DNA of 64,000 nucleotides, from the NCBI GenBank assembly GCA_034780895.1, contig JAUZTB010000033.1, positions 30,281,223-30,345,222 of the forward strand, read 5' to 3'. This document shows positions 52,853 to 64,000 of this stretch, piece by piece. Every line of letters begins with the position of its first letter. Positions within the stretch are counted from its first letter, which is position 1. The notes below the pieces were generated by a model. It was not told the DNA's origin, searched no databases, and saw nothing but the letters and a program-made list of their open reading frames with translations. The translations under genes were made by a program, and so were the position numbers. Source of the DNA: Rhynchobatus australiae (lineage: Eukaryota).

Positions 52853-53149
52853 GTTTGTATAGCTGCTTTTTTTAAAATTCTACCTATATCCCTTTGCATT
52901 TTCCTCCCATTTGCTTTTGTGCTCTGACCTTCAGCTTCTGGGGTAGATTGGTTCAAATCTGAGTTCAAGTAGGTTACAACAATTGAAGCAGACCAAAATG
53001 CAAATAGAATGGTAATGTCTTTGTGAAAGAGTTTTGCCCAACCATCTGATAAAGCATCACTGGTTGACTGTACCATCATAATTAGCATTCTTTAATACTG
53101 AGCTATGTGGTTAAAGGTTTACTGTATGTGACTTAATGTGATTTTAGAT

Positions 53150-53866
53150 GAGATAATGGAACAGAGGGACCTAAGAGTACAAGTGCATAGTTCATCGAAA
53201 GTGGTGTCACAGGTAAACAGGGTGGTGAAAAAGGTGTTTAGCATGCTGGCCTTCATCAGTCAGATCACTGAATATAGGAATTGGTACCGTTATGTTGCAG
53301 TTGTATAAGTCATTGGTGAGGCCACACTTGGAGTACTGTGTACAGTTTTAGTCACCCTGTTATAAGAAAGACATTAAACTGGAATGAGTGCAGAAAAAAA
53401 TATGAGAATGTTGCCACAACTAGAGGGCCTGAGTTATAGGGAGAGGTTGACCAAGCTGGGTTTTTATTCCTTGGAATGTAGGAGAATGAGGAGTGGCTAT
53501 ATAGAAGTGTTTAAAATTATGAGAGACATAGATCAGGTGCACAGTAACAGTCTTTTTTCCCAGGATAGGGGAGTCCAAAACTAGGGGGCATAGATTCATG
53601 GTGAGAGGGGAAAGATTTAAAAGAGACCTGGGGGGCAACTTTATCACGCACTGGGCGATGAGTATATGGAATGTGCTGCTGGGGAAGTGGTTGAGGCAGG
53701 TACAATGATATAATTTAAGAAGCACCTGGAGAGGTACGTGGCGAGGCGGGGCTTAAAGGGATATGGGCCGAACACAGGAAATTAGACTAGCTGGGTGGGC
53801 ACCATGGTCAACATGGACTGTTTGGGCTGAAGGGCCTGTATCCGTGCTGTATTGCTCTATGACTCT
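53150..53866 (+). mobile_element. CR1-type LINE 3' end, 5'-truncated
   Basis: Encodes LVRPHLEYCVQF and GLSYRERLTKLGFYSLECRRMRSGYIEVFKIMRDID, and ends in a ctctatgactct tail. Confidence 0.88.
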
Positions 53867-55259
53867 TTCCTGTTGCTGCATTTTTTTTCAATCATTGCAC
53901 CTTGTATCTTTATGATTGCTTGACTGAGCAACATTAGCCTTTTGCCATCTTCGTTTTGTCTCCGTGTTGAGTGATGTTGATGCTAGTTTATTTTCATATC
54001 CCACATTAGTTCCAAAAAGTTAGGAACAATGCTTATTCTGTTCAGGCTGATCAAACCTCAGCTATAAGTCCACTCTCAACAATGTCAGCATGACATCTTT
54101 GTGTTTGTATCTGCCTGTCATTTGGTGGTCTCTGAGTGAGATTGCCAATTAATACCAAATTAAGAACTTCAAGACTGCTGAAATGTGCTTTTGTACAAAT
54201 TATGACCAAGAATAGGCCATTTGGCCCTTTGGTCCTGGCTCGTCATTAAACTACTGTCCCAAGGATGAAAAGCCAATCATTTAATTTTATTTCAAATTTT
54301 TATTCTGAATCTTTAAATGTATCTTTCAGGTTTTTTTTAGGAGTAATATTCATTCTAAATAGTACCAAAAGAAACTTTCAAATATAATACCTATGGTGCC
54401 CTTTAGTGACTTCTAAATCAATGTAGAACTATAAGCAGTACACTGTAAACTCAGCATTGTAAAGAATTCTTATCAAGGAAAATACAATTTTAAAGTGAAA
54501 GTGCAGGATTTTTGTTAAATGAAGAACAGATGATTGTCCTTTAATCCAGGATGTTGAAAGATCAAAATCTATTACTTTATTGGCATATTAACATATATAT
54601 TAATGGGATGGTTGGAGTATGAATAAACTATAGCACCAGATCAATGTTTCCAGTGTTTATTGTAAACAAATATCTGCTCTTTACAGCTTCCTGTAAAGTC
54701 TTAATCAGAATTGAATCTGGTTGTATTTCAGTTTGCAAATGTATGCTGTAAGATTTAAAACTTGTTGCAGTAATGTTGGAGAGAGAATTTCATACAACAG
54801 CTTCCCAACATCAGATTACAAACAAGCTCTTGTGCTGCTTAGACTTGGATGTGAGTGGCAGCTTATGCTGATCTTTGCCCCATTCATTGGTTGTAGTCAG
54901 AACAACTACAAGGGAGCAACAAGTGGCAGTCCACTGAGTAAACCAGGGAAAAAATACTTCAGATTATTTTCAAGGTCACCATCAGTGACTCCAATTGGAA
55001 GTGTTACCGTGTAAATATTAATTGAGAACAGGACTGAGTTTCGATCTAATATCTCCATAATCAAATAGTTGTGTGATGGTCTCCATACACTCTATAATGC
55101 AAAAGCCTCTGCTTTGTAGGAAAGCACAACTTTAAACCATCCTGACAAGAGGTCAACATGAGACTAGAAAAACTGAAGTAGAATTGAGAGGCAAAAAACA
55201 CTATCATTGTTCTGAGTAATGATCAATTTCCATTTCGAATTAAATCCTTCAGAAAGTAA

Positions 55260-55430
<171 letters not shown>

Positions 55431-55595
55431 TAAGAGCATTTAGTTCAAAACATTGAATTGCTGATTTATTTTATGGTATTTTGGAAGAGACAGACTTTTA
55501 ATTATTAACTTTAAACCATTGACACTTGACTTATAAGGGAGTCACAGCTTTGAAGCATCAAAACCATTTTTCTTTAAATTGCAAAGTACAATCAG

Positions 55596-55772
55596 ACACA
55601 TCAAAAACCTGCAGATGCTGAAAATCTAAAATAAAAATAGAAAACACTGGAAATACTTATTTTCTCTCCTTCCCAGTTTTGATGAAGGGATTTTTACATG
55701 GAACATTAACTCTGTTTCCCCTCCCAGGGATGTGGCCTGACCTGCAGAATATTTCCAGCATTTTCTGTTTGT
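55596..55772 (+). mobile_element. Short palindromic repeat (same family as 47832-48010)
   Basis: ctgcagatgctgaaaatctaaaataaaaatagaaaacactggaaata ... tatttccagcattttctgttt inverted arms. Confidence 0.55.
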
Positions 55773-56508
55773 AGTAAAGTATAATTAGACAATCATTTAT
55801 ATTTATTCTTCTACTTAACTATAATCTAAGCACAACTATGAAAAACTGAAGCTGATAAACACTACTCATTGCCTTTGTAAAAAAAAACACAGCTGTTTAG
55901 AGGATACCTACAGTATAACCATGCCGAGCTTTATAGAAATATATTCCTGCTCACTGAGGTGATAGCAGTTTCTGTAAGTGGACCATGTCCTGGTAATCTG
56001 GAATTACTAAATTAAGTACCAGTTCTTTGCTAACATTTATTGCTTGGGGAATAATAGTTAATCTAGTCACAGTGACCTAATTACAGGATTAAATACAAGG
56101 GCTAATATCCAAATGTATGCTTCCTTTTGACCTAGATCTAGAACATGCACATACCATGCACGGCTGGTCCATTGGATTTTCTGGAATTGACCTTAATTAT
56201 ATATTCATACTAAAATCTAACCTGCATTAGCTTGGGATCTTGTATAGTTTGGTGGGTATGGGAGAATTGATGGCAGTATTTCAGTTCTTAAATGGCTTCA
56301 GTGGCCACTTAAATCGATTGTTTTGTTTTGTTAAAAAAATTGTATGCCTCTTTTGTGACTGTCTATTGTTGTCATTGTTATTCACTGTTGTCATCACTGT
56401 TAAGAAACCAGGTCTCTCTTGTAAATGAGTCACCGGGGCTCAATGGGATTAACCTGTCTAAATAAAGGTTGAATGAAAGAATAATTATTTTTGCCGTTGT
56501 CCTTCCAG

Positions 56509-56546
56509 GTGCTTCACATGGTGCGTAATGCCAAGTTGGTGGGCCA
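56509..56546 (+). CDS. COPA: 5' end of an internal coatomer subunit alpha exon ([13 protein letters not shown]), cut by a 10-N gap
   Basis: Acceptor ttgtccttccag| followed by GTG CTT CAC ATG GTG CGT AAT GCC AAG TTG GTG GGC CA. This gives 12 residues identical to the alpha-COP segment (..RKYDE)[23 protein letters not shown] as I recall it. Only 38 nt are visible. Confidence 0.8.
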
Positions 56547-59500
56547 NNNNNNNNNNCTAGGAAACATGTAAACAACAAGCTGGCATCTTCAGTATACCAG
56601 ACCACGCATTTCCTTTTATATCATGGACCTGAAGTTTCTGAATAAGCCTCTTAAGGTATTTTATCAATCATCTACCAAATATTTCTCATAGTATTTTAAG
56701 GATACAATCTAAAAATAGGCTTCAAGAGAAAACCATATAGCTTGTGTGGGGCAATTCAACACTGAGGATGAAGGCGATGTTAACACAGCATAGTCAAAAC
56801 CCAGCCATCTTAATTATTTCAGTCTGGATGGGTCACTGGGATATAATCCAAAACAAAGAAATGTCACAAATCACATAAAAGGAGATAAGCTGTTTGCACT
56901 ACAATTTGCTTCTGCCTTTCTAAAAATGTATGATGTCACACCTCTTGTCATTAACCTGTCATTTGTCTGTCTCCTCCATCTGTCTGCAGTTCTTTCAGTG
57001 CACTTACTTTGTGCTTTCACCAAATATTCAAATTGTGTTCCCAATGCTAAAGCTCAAATCATCCACACATGCAGAAAATATAGGTGAACTTGTGTGTTCT
57101 TTCCAACTCTTCCTTTGCCTGAGAACTAGCAATGTACTTCCTAGGACCCAGATTTTAGTGGCAATGGTTGGTTTTGGCATCTTCTGCCTCTGGACTCCCT
57201 GTGGAGTCCATCAGCAGAGCTTCGTCATGCTGAGATCCTGCAGCATTTATTACAAAGAACTAACTATTAGGAATCTGTAAGACCATTGAAGACAGGTAAG
57301 AGAGAAAGTTACTTCAAAAGAAAAGTTTTTGTGGTTTATTTTTAATTGCAAAATGATTTTGGGCTATTTTAGCTGCCTTTATTTTTTAAAAGTTTGTAAT
57401 CATTTTAATTTTTTTAAATCTTTATTTCATTTTTGATAGTTTAAAAATATTTCTGCCTGTCAGAGCTATTAAGAAACATCTACATCTGAATGTTTTGACA
57501 GTGGCCCTGCCAGTGGTCAGACCTCAACACTGATGTCCTGGATACCCAAAGCCAGAAATTTAGGCCCATTGCATGCAGACCAGATATGTGCGGGATGGCA
57601 ATTGCAATTGCAAGCAAAACTTGATCAACTAATTCTTTCCATGAAGCTATATTTCTTTTGATATCATATATCTGAAATTTGGAGTAAGCCATATAAAATA
57701 TTTTCTCAATCATCTCCAACAAAATATATTGAACTATATTAGAATACAGGAAGCCCTTCATCCAAATGTTAATCATTGCTTCAAAAATTACTTTTTGAGT
57801 TAACTTTAAAGTAAATCCATGAGGGTCTTATGTGATTAACCCATGTTGTTCAAATGTTCATTCATTTAACTGTGAATTATAGGTTCTAAGACTTTGCTCA
57901 CAACAGATATTAGATTATTTGTGCCCTTGAATATTAAGCAAAATAAATTCTTCCTTATATATTCTCTTTTTGTGTTACCATCTTGGAATACTAACTCCTT
58001 TGACCAGTATCTAAATGAAGTGATTAACCCATTACCAAAATAATTTTTTTTAATTAAAATAGCAAACAGCAAAATTTCACCCAATGTGTTAACCGATACA
58101 TTTATAATTACACAGGGGAATTTATATTCCCAATTTGCTTAAAAAGATCATAGAATCAGCTTCAACAGTACTTCCAAANNNNNNNNNNGAACTTGTTTTC
58201 AATTCCGTAAAGACAACAAATCTTGTTTTGTCTTATTACAAATGTCCAGAGTTTCACCTGCGCGGGAAATCGCAGGATGGCTGTGACTCACAAACTGATT
58301 TGCAATTGTAAGGTGTTCGGCACTTGGTGTTCAACGTGTTCAGCATTCACCCTTGTTCATTTTTCGCATAAATCAAATGGATATGATTTTGCTTACTGAA
58401 CATTACTTATATTTTTCTGCAGCAACCCGGTAGTTATGAATAGAGTGCGGCTCTAACCACTAATTTAATTTTTAATCATAAACAAATGCATTGAACATTA
58501 CTGTTTCTCTGATTTTTCCTACTGTGGATTGGTGTATTAGCCACATGGCTAAATTGAATCCTGCAGAGCAACCGTGTGTAATAATCATCACTGGTCAACT
58601 TCAGATATCACTGGAAAAGAAGCAATCAAACCTCAGTGAGGATATGCAATCAATTTTTGTTTTAGGTTCAAAGAGAGATCAATCTGTTAAAAATCACTGG
58701 ACGTGGGACTTGAACAGTAGTTCATTTTCTGCAGTCTGTAACCATGCAAGCTCCTTGTGATGAATATGTAGTTTAGACCAATTCCACAAGATCCATTATA
58801 CCAGCCCTGCACAGCACTTACATGGATGTCATTGCATTCCGCATCCTTAATGGATTGGGTGAATACCGTCTGCTGGAGAATAGGGTATCTGCATGCTCCA
58901 CTACTACTTCACTTTCAAATACAGATTCTATTATCCGTGAGTTGTGTAGCTCAATGGAATTAATTTGTATGAAGACCTACTCGACACCACAACTTTTATG
59001 TTCAGTTTTAGGATCTGTATACTGGAGAGAATTAATCATTTTAAAGGAAATGCATTAAAGGGCAAAATGGAATTTAGCATTTGTGTAGCAAAGATTGTGG
59101 CGGTAAGCAAGGAAGCACCTTGTAATGTATTCATTGGGTTTCATAAATGTTGCAGAGAATTGTCTGCTGGATCACACAAAGATGTTTCACGTTGACATAA
59201 AATTTAAAAGAAGGGAATACAAATTGAAGTTCAAATTGAAAATGTGGATGAGCTGGATTTTGCTGGGAAATGCTGTTAGTTGGCAATTCCCAGTATAAGT
59301 GTCAGCAAATCTGGGATTTCCATGCAGGTGTGCACAAACACAGAAGTCCCAAACTCACAGGAAGCCGTTCACTGATGATCCCCTGATGTGGCTCCTACAC
59401 TGAACTCCTCATGGAATTCCAAAGCTGTATCAGTTCTTTGGCATCTACAATAGAGAATCTTCTGGAAGAACCAACGCCAGATTAGATCTGTCATAGTGAG

Positions 59501-59894
59501 TTCTTCTCCATTGATTACAGTGAAGGGTTATTGAGGATTAAGGCAAATGCCTGTATTTTTATATTTGTTTTTATTGTTTTAAGTTTATTTAAATGTTTTG
59601 TGTGTTTTAAGGTTTTTTTAATTTAAAATAATAATTTGATTAATTTGTATTGCTTGGAGAGATTTTTTAAAAAATATTTATCAGCAGGATTATTCAAAAA
59701 CATTTACAGAATTGCAACAGCTTTTCTGTCCTACTGACAGTCAGGGTGGGGTTTTCTTGCTCTTTCTTTTATCAATAGTGGGTGGAATACAATCACAGAA
59801 TCCCCAAAGCCAGGAATTATTAAAAGTAAGGAAACTTGGTCCAATTGTTTATTCATTGAAGTGTTTTGATAGATGTCGACTTTTGCTGCTTCTG

Positions 59895-60062
59895 CAATAA
59901 AACAGGAAATGCTTAAAATATTCAGTAGGTCAGTCAACATCTGCAGTAAAAGAACAAAGTAATGCTTCAGTCACCCTGAAACATTAATTCTCATTCTCCA
60001 CAAATACTGCCTGACCTGCTAGGTATTTCCAGCATTTTCTGTTTTATTTCAAATTTCTAGTG
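59895..60062. mobile_element. Short palindromic repeat (same family)
   Basis: aataaaacaggaaatgct ... agcattttctgttttatt inverted arms, with the centre partly deleted. Confidence 0.55.
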
Positions 60063-63000
60063 TTTATAATTTTACTTTCAGCTTCTCTGAGAACTCCAGT
60101 GAAGGAGTTTCTATTTTTTTCCCCCATTTTTCCCTTTGATGGGTGTAGGTTGATATTATAGAATATAAAACAAAGCTTGTCTGTACATCTCTATCAAGCA
60201 AGCGAAGTTCTCCTTTTGACCCTTATACAAGATGAATAAGCTGTGACTTGTATTCCACATGTGAATGGGAAAACAGTAACAGAAACAATGGCATCACATG
60301 TCATGAAATCTGATGTTTTCACCAAATATTTTGTTTATTCCCATTAAAGGCATCAAGAGAAAGCAGCAAATTACCAGACTATGAAATATTTCATTATATA
60401 TAAGTAGGCAAGTAGTTNNNNNNNNNNNNNNNNNNNNNNNNNNNNNNNNNNNNNNNNNNNNNNNNNNNNNNNNNNNNNNNNNNNNNNNNNNNNNNNNNNN
60501 NNNNNNNNNNNNNNNNNNNNNNNNNNNNNNNNNNNNNNNNNNNNNNNNNNNNNNNNNNNNATGGTGGGGGGAGGAGGGAGTGGAGAAGAAGCATTGAATT
60601 TCTGTCCAACTTTGATCGTTAAGGTGAATGCAGTGAAGTAAAATAGATCAAATGAGGCCATGCCAGTGTGACTTAGTTTCAGCTATTCTGCCATTGGCCT
60701 TTGACCCCAGTAGGATATGTTGCTGTAAGTGGAAATGTTTCAACTCTGTCAATGATCTAGTACTGCGTCCAAGACAGCTAATGAAACAATAAGGCTTTAC
60801 AAAATCATGTACACAGGAGGTAAAAGAGAATGGTGAAGGTGACAATTAGTACTGAGCAGAGTAAAACAATATAACGTTTAATTTAACTGAGTTTTCAAAT
60901 TAATCATTTAGATTATGTGTCTCAGATTTACTGGATGAATTACTGGAGCTCTTGTGGAGTAGGTAGATTTTTTTTACATCCGCATTGTGTGACCAGGAGT
61001 TTGCACCCTCCCTTATCATGTCACCACTCAGTGAAATCAATAATTAATATCTCTGGCAAGAATCTCCCATTGATTATTTTAACCTGTTCTTGAACCCATT
61101 TAAGTTGATCTGAAAACACTGTTATGTACAAAAGCAAATTCCACCAAAGCTATTAGAAAATGGACTTATCTCTTTGATGAATGAAGTCGAATTGTGCATG
61201 TATACATGACACAATTGCAGTTTTTACAGTCAATCTGGACACAACGACTGACAANNNNNNNNNNNNNNNNNNNNNNNNNNNNNNNNNNNNNNNNNNNNNN
61301 NNNNNNNNNNNNNNNNNNNNNNNNNNNNNNNNNNNNNNNNNNNNNNNNNNNNNNACGACTGACAAAGCATTGAGCTGCATACATAGAGATGAAATTTCAT
61401 AGTGAGTTATTCGTGAGTATATGAAATTTATGATAGAGGTGAAAAATGATTGCTTCGTGATTCTCCATGTTTAATTGGAGAAAACTGTGAGCTATCTGTA
61501 CAAATTCAGTGGAGGAGTTAAGAGAAATGGTAATGGATTGAAGCATGGCTTTGGAGAGGGGAAACTGTTAGATAATTAAGAGATAGAAATTAACTCCATC
61601 TGTGGTTATCTGATAAATTGGCCCTTACATTTGTGAAATAATTTATTAAGAGGCAACTTGTACATCAGAAATTGGAGAGAGCCTAGAAATGTCAATTTCA
61701 GAGCAGCTTCAGCAGTGATCTAATAGTAACAGAATCAAGCAATGGCAAGACCATTGGGTAACAAAGAGGTGTCCCAGCTGAGGGGCAAAGACAGCAAAGA
61801 GGTTGAATAGGATGAAGAGGGAAAATTCAGGATATTCACAGAATCTTATTCATCATTTTAATGTGGACTGATTCTGTGTTGTGGTGAGAGGATGCAAATT
61901 AATTGGAGATTCAGACCACAAATTGCAGGAAAGATAAGCATGAATTTGACAAGCAATGCCATGTTTGAGGAAAAGCAACTGGAAACATTCAGTGCTCCCC
62001 AGGTGCTTCAATGGGATTACATAGATTGGTCTAGTTCTTGTGTGCTGGGAATTCATTTGGGCCCCAGAGAAATGTATTGAACCGAGATGATTCATATTTT
62101 AGGAATTCCACAAGATATCTCACCTTGAGGTGCAATACAGCAGGAACCAGTGGACCACCAGCCCACTACACCTAGCATGAATTGTGCTGTTTCTTCCACA
62201 GTGCAAAAACAAAGACAACCTGGATCACACAGTAAATTTCATCCACGTTTTCCTCCAGTCCCATTTAACCAACATTCCAGCCAAATATTACAATGACAGC
62301 CACTCATTTGAGATACTCTATACAGGCAATGTAGGTGGAACTGTGAACCAGCTTGCATTGTTTTCAAAACTGACGAAGATAATGATAAGATAATTGGGAA
62401 GGATTAATATACAAGGACAGAATGCAAGATCACTTTGTATCAACTCCTTTGAGGAAATCAATGATCATTTAAAGACTCTGCCAACTAGCTCATTTGTTTT
62501 CATGAATCATTCTACCTTACTGTGAATGGAATGGGTTATACAGTACATCATATCAGGGGTTTTCAACCTGGGATCCAGGGATCTGAAAACTACATCTAGA
62601 GGTCTGTAATAGATAATTATGAAGATAATGTAACTAAGATCTGTGAATTGATAAATAACAGAGTGCCAGACTTAAACTGACTGCTATTCATTATTTCAGT
62701 GTGGGCTACTTCAGCACTGTAGGAAGGCAAAGCAAATTGATTGGAGATTCACTAAGCAAATTGCAGGAAAGATAAGTACTCCATGTCATTTTAACAGTTT
62801 ACTCTTCACTATCTCAATGGGTTGGATCATACCAAATTGCCGTGGACTATCACCTGCTGTTTGCTGTTCATTCTTTCGCTACATGTTGAAATGTGGAATT
62901 TGACAATGAACCAAAAGTCAGGCACTGCCCTATCTGAGCTTCTGCTCCACTGCTGTGCTCTCTGTGAGGCACCAATGCTGAAAAGCGGGGCCAGATACAA

Positions 63001-64000
63001 ATTTCATTCACCTCTCTCAGCTTTATGTCAGGATGGCTGATGAAGCACAACACCTCAGGACCAACCCTCCCCCATCCATTTGAAAAAAGTAGTCAACTCA
63101 GAGTGAAAAAGTAATTATAGTAACACAGTTTACTTATTTTGTTCCATTTTTCTTTATCCTAATGTTTGCAATTACTTTAAGGTATTTTTATTGGAATTTA
63201 TTTATTTGCATAATTTACTTAACAATCGTTCAAAGGCGATGTTGAGATGTCAAATGGGCATTGAGGCAACCTGGAAACCCAGGATCCTGCTACTGAGGCC
63301 TAGTTGTCTAGCAGAGCTCTCTGCTGTGCGTGACAACTCTTGTACGGAGGGTCTACTCAGCTTGTCCTCCACATCCACAGCTGATTAGTGTGGCTGGCAG
63401 GTTCAGGCTATGAGGCAGTTCCAGGACAATCTGGGTAAATGGTTTATTCCGGACTACACTGAATGCAAAGTTAGCATCATTCTGTGAACCAGCCTTTGCC
63501 ATTCAAAGTTAAGAGAAATGACCATGGCTGGGAGTCACTTGAGACATGTGCTCTGCTATAGCCATTCTTCCCGTTTCACTCACTGTACATCTGGCTGGTG
63601 GGTGGATGAGAAAGTAAACAGGAAATAATTGACTTTCTTTCCAACTCTGATCATTAAGGTAAATACAGTGAGGATAGGAAAGGAACAGAAGATATGCCAA
63701 ACTGCAGAAAAATGGGATTAATGTAGATAGCCACTTCAGTTGGCACTGAGGAGTCGGGCTGAAGGGCCTGTTTCCATGTGGTACGACACTGTGATTCTAT
63801 GACAAAGGTCTTAAACAATATTCCAAGTCCTGGAACATTATAATTCAGAGCAGTGGGAAGGGACACAGGGATCAGTAACATGTGACACATTAAGGATTGC
63901 ACCTTATTTTATTAAAGATTGCTGCTGTAAAGCCCCCAGTCCAGGCTGTGTGTTTAAGTATCATTTGAATTAACAAAGGCTGGTAGGGCAATGTTTAGGA

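Noticed and set aside
58735-59058. Protein-looking stretch IIPALHSTYMDVIAFRILNGLG
   Set aside because: In-frame stop upstream, weak donor and no family recognised, so there is not enough support for a CDS call.
61244-61365. acgactgacaa repeated across the 61255-61354 gap
   Set aside because: Same overlap-across-gap artefact.

Overview
Eukaryotic, AT-rich, CpG-depleted vertebrate genomic DNA from a gappy draft assembly (15 N-runs). The repeats (CR1-type LINEs, V-domain SINEs, DeuSINE-like elements) point to a cartilaginous fish, probably a ray or relative; that taxon call is inference. The left two-thirds hold the 3' end of SOX6 on the minus strand: four coding exons (39041-39149, 25360-25593, 17357-17573, 13911-14214) including the HMG box, and a roughly 6.5-7 kb 3'UTR dense in miR-499/208-type seed matches. 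Right of a 100-N gap at 49233-49332, the plus strand carries four intact, phase-compatible, intron-separated internal exons of USP4. About 1.1 kb later, with no gap in between, comes the start of an internal COPA exon that is cut by a 10-N gap. This mosaic sits where the next SOX6 intron should be. It is most likely a mis-assembly, though DNA-level gene-fragment capture cannot be excluded from sequence alone. I found no prokaryotic operon, CRISPR array, tRNA or rRNA gene, and no convincing novel protein-coding system. Gene and repeat-family names come from my recall of known sequences, not from a database search, and repeat boundaries are approximate.
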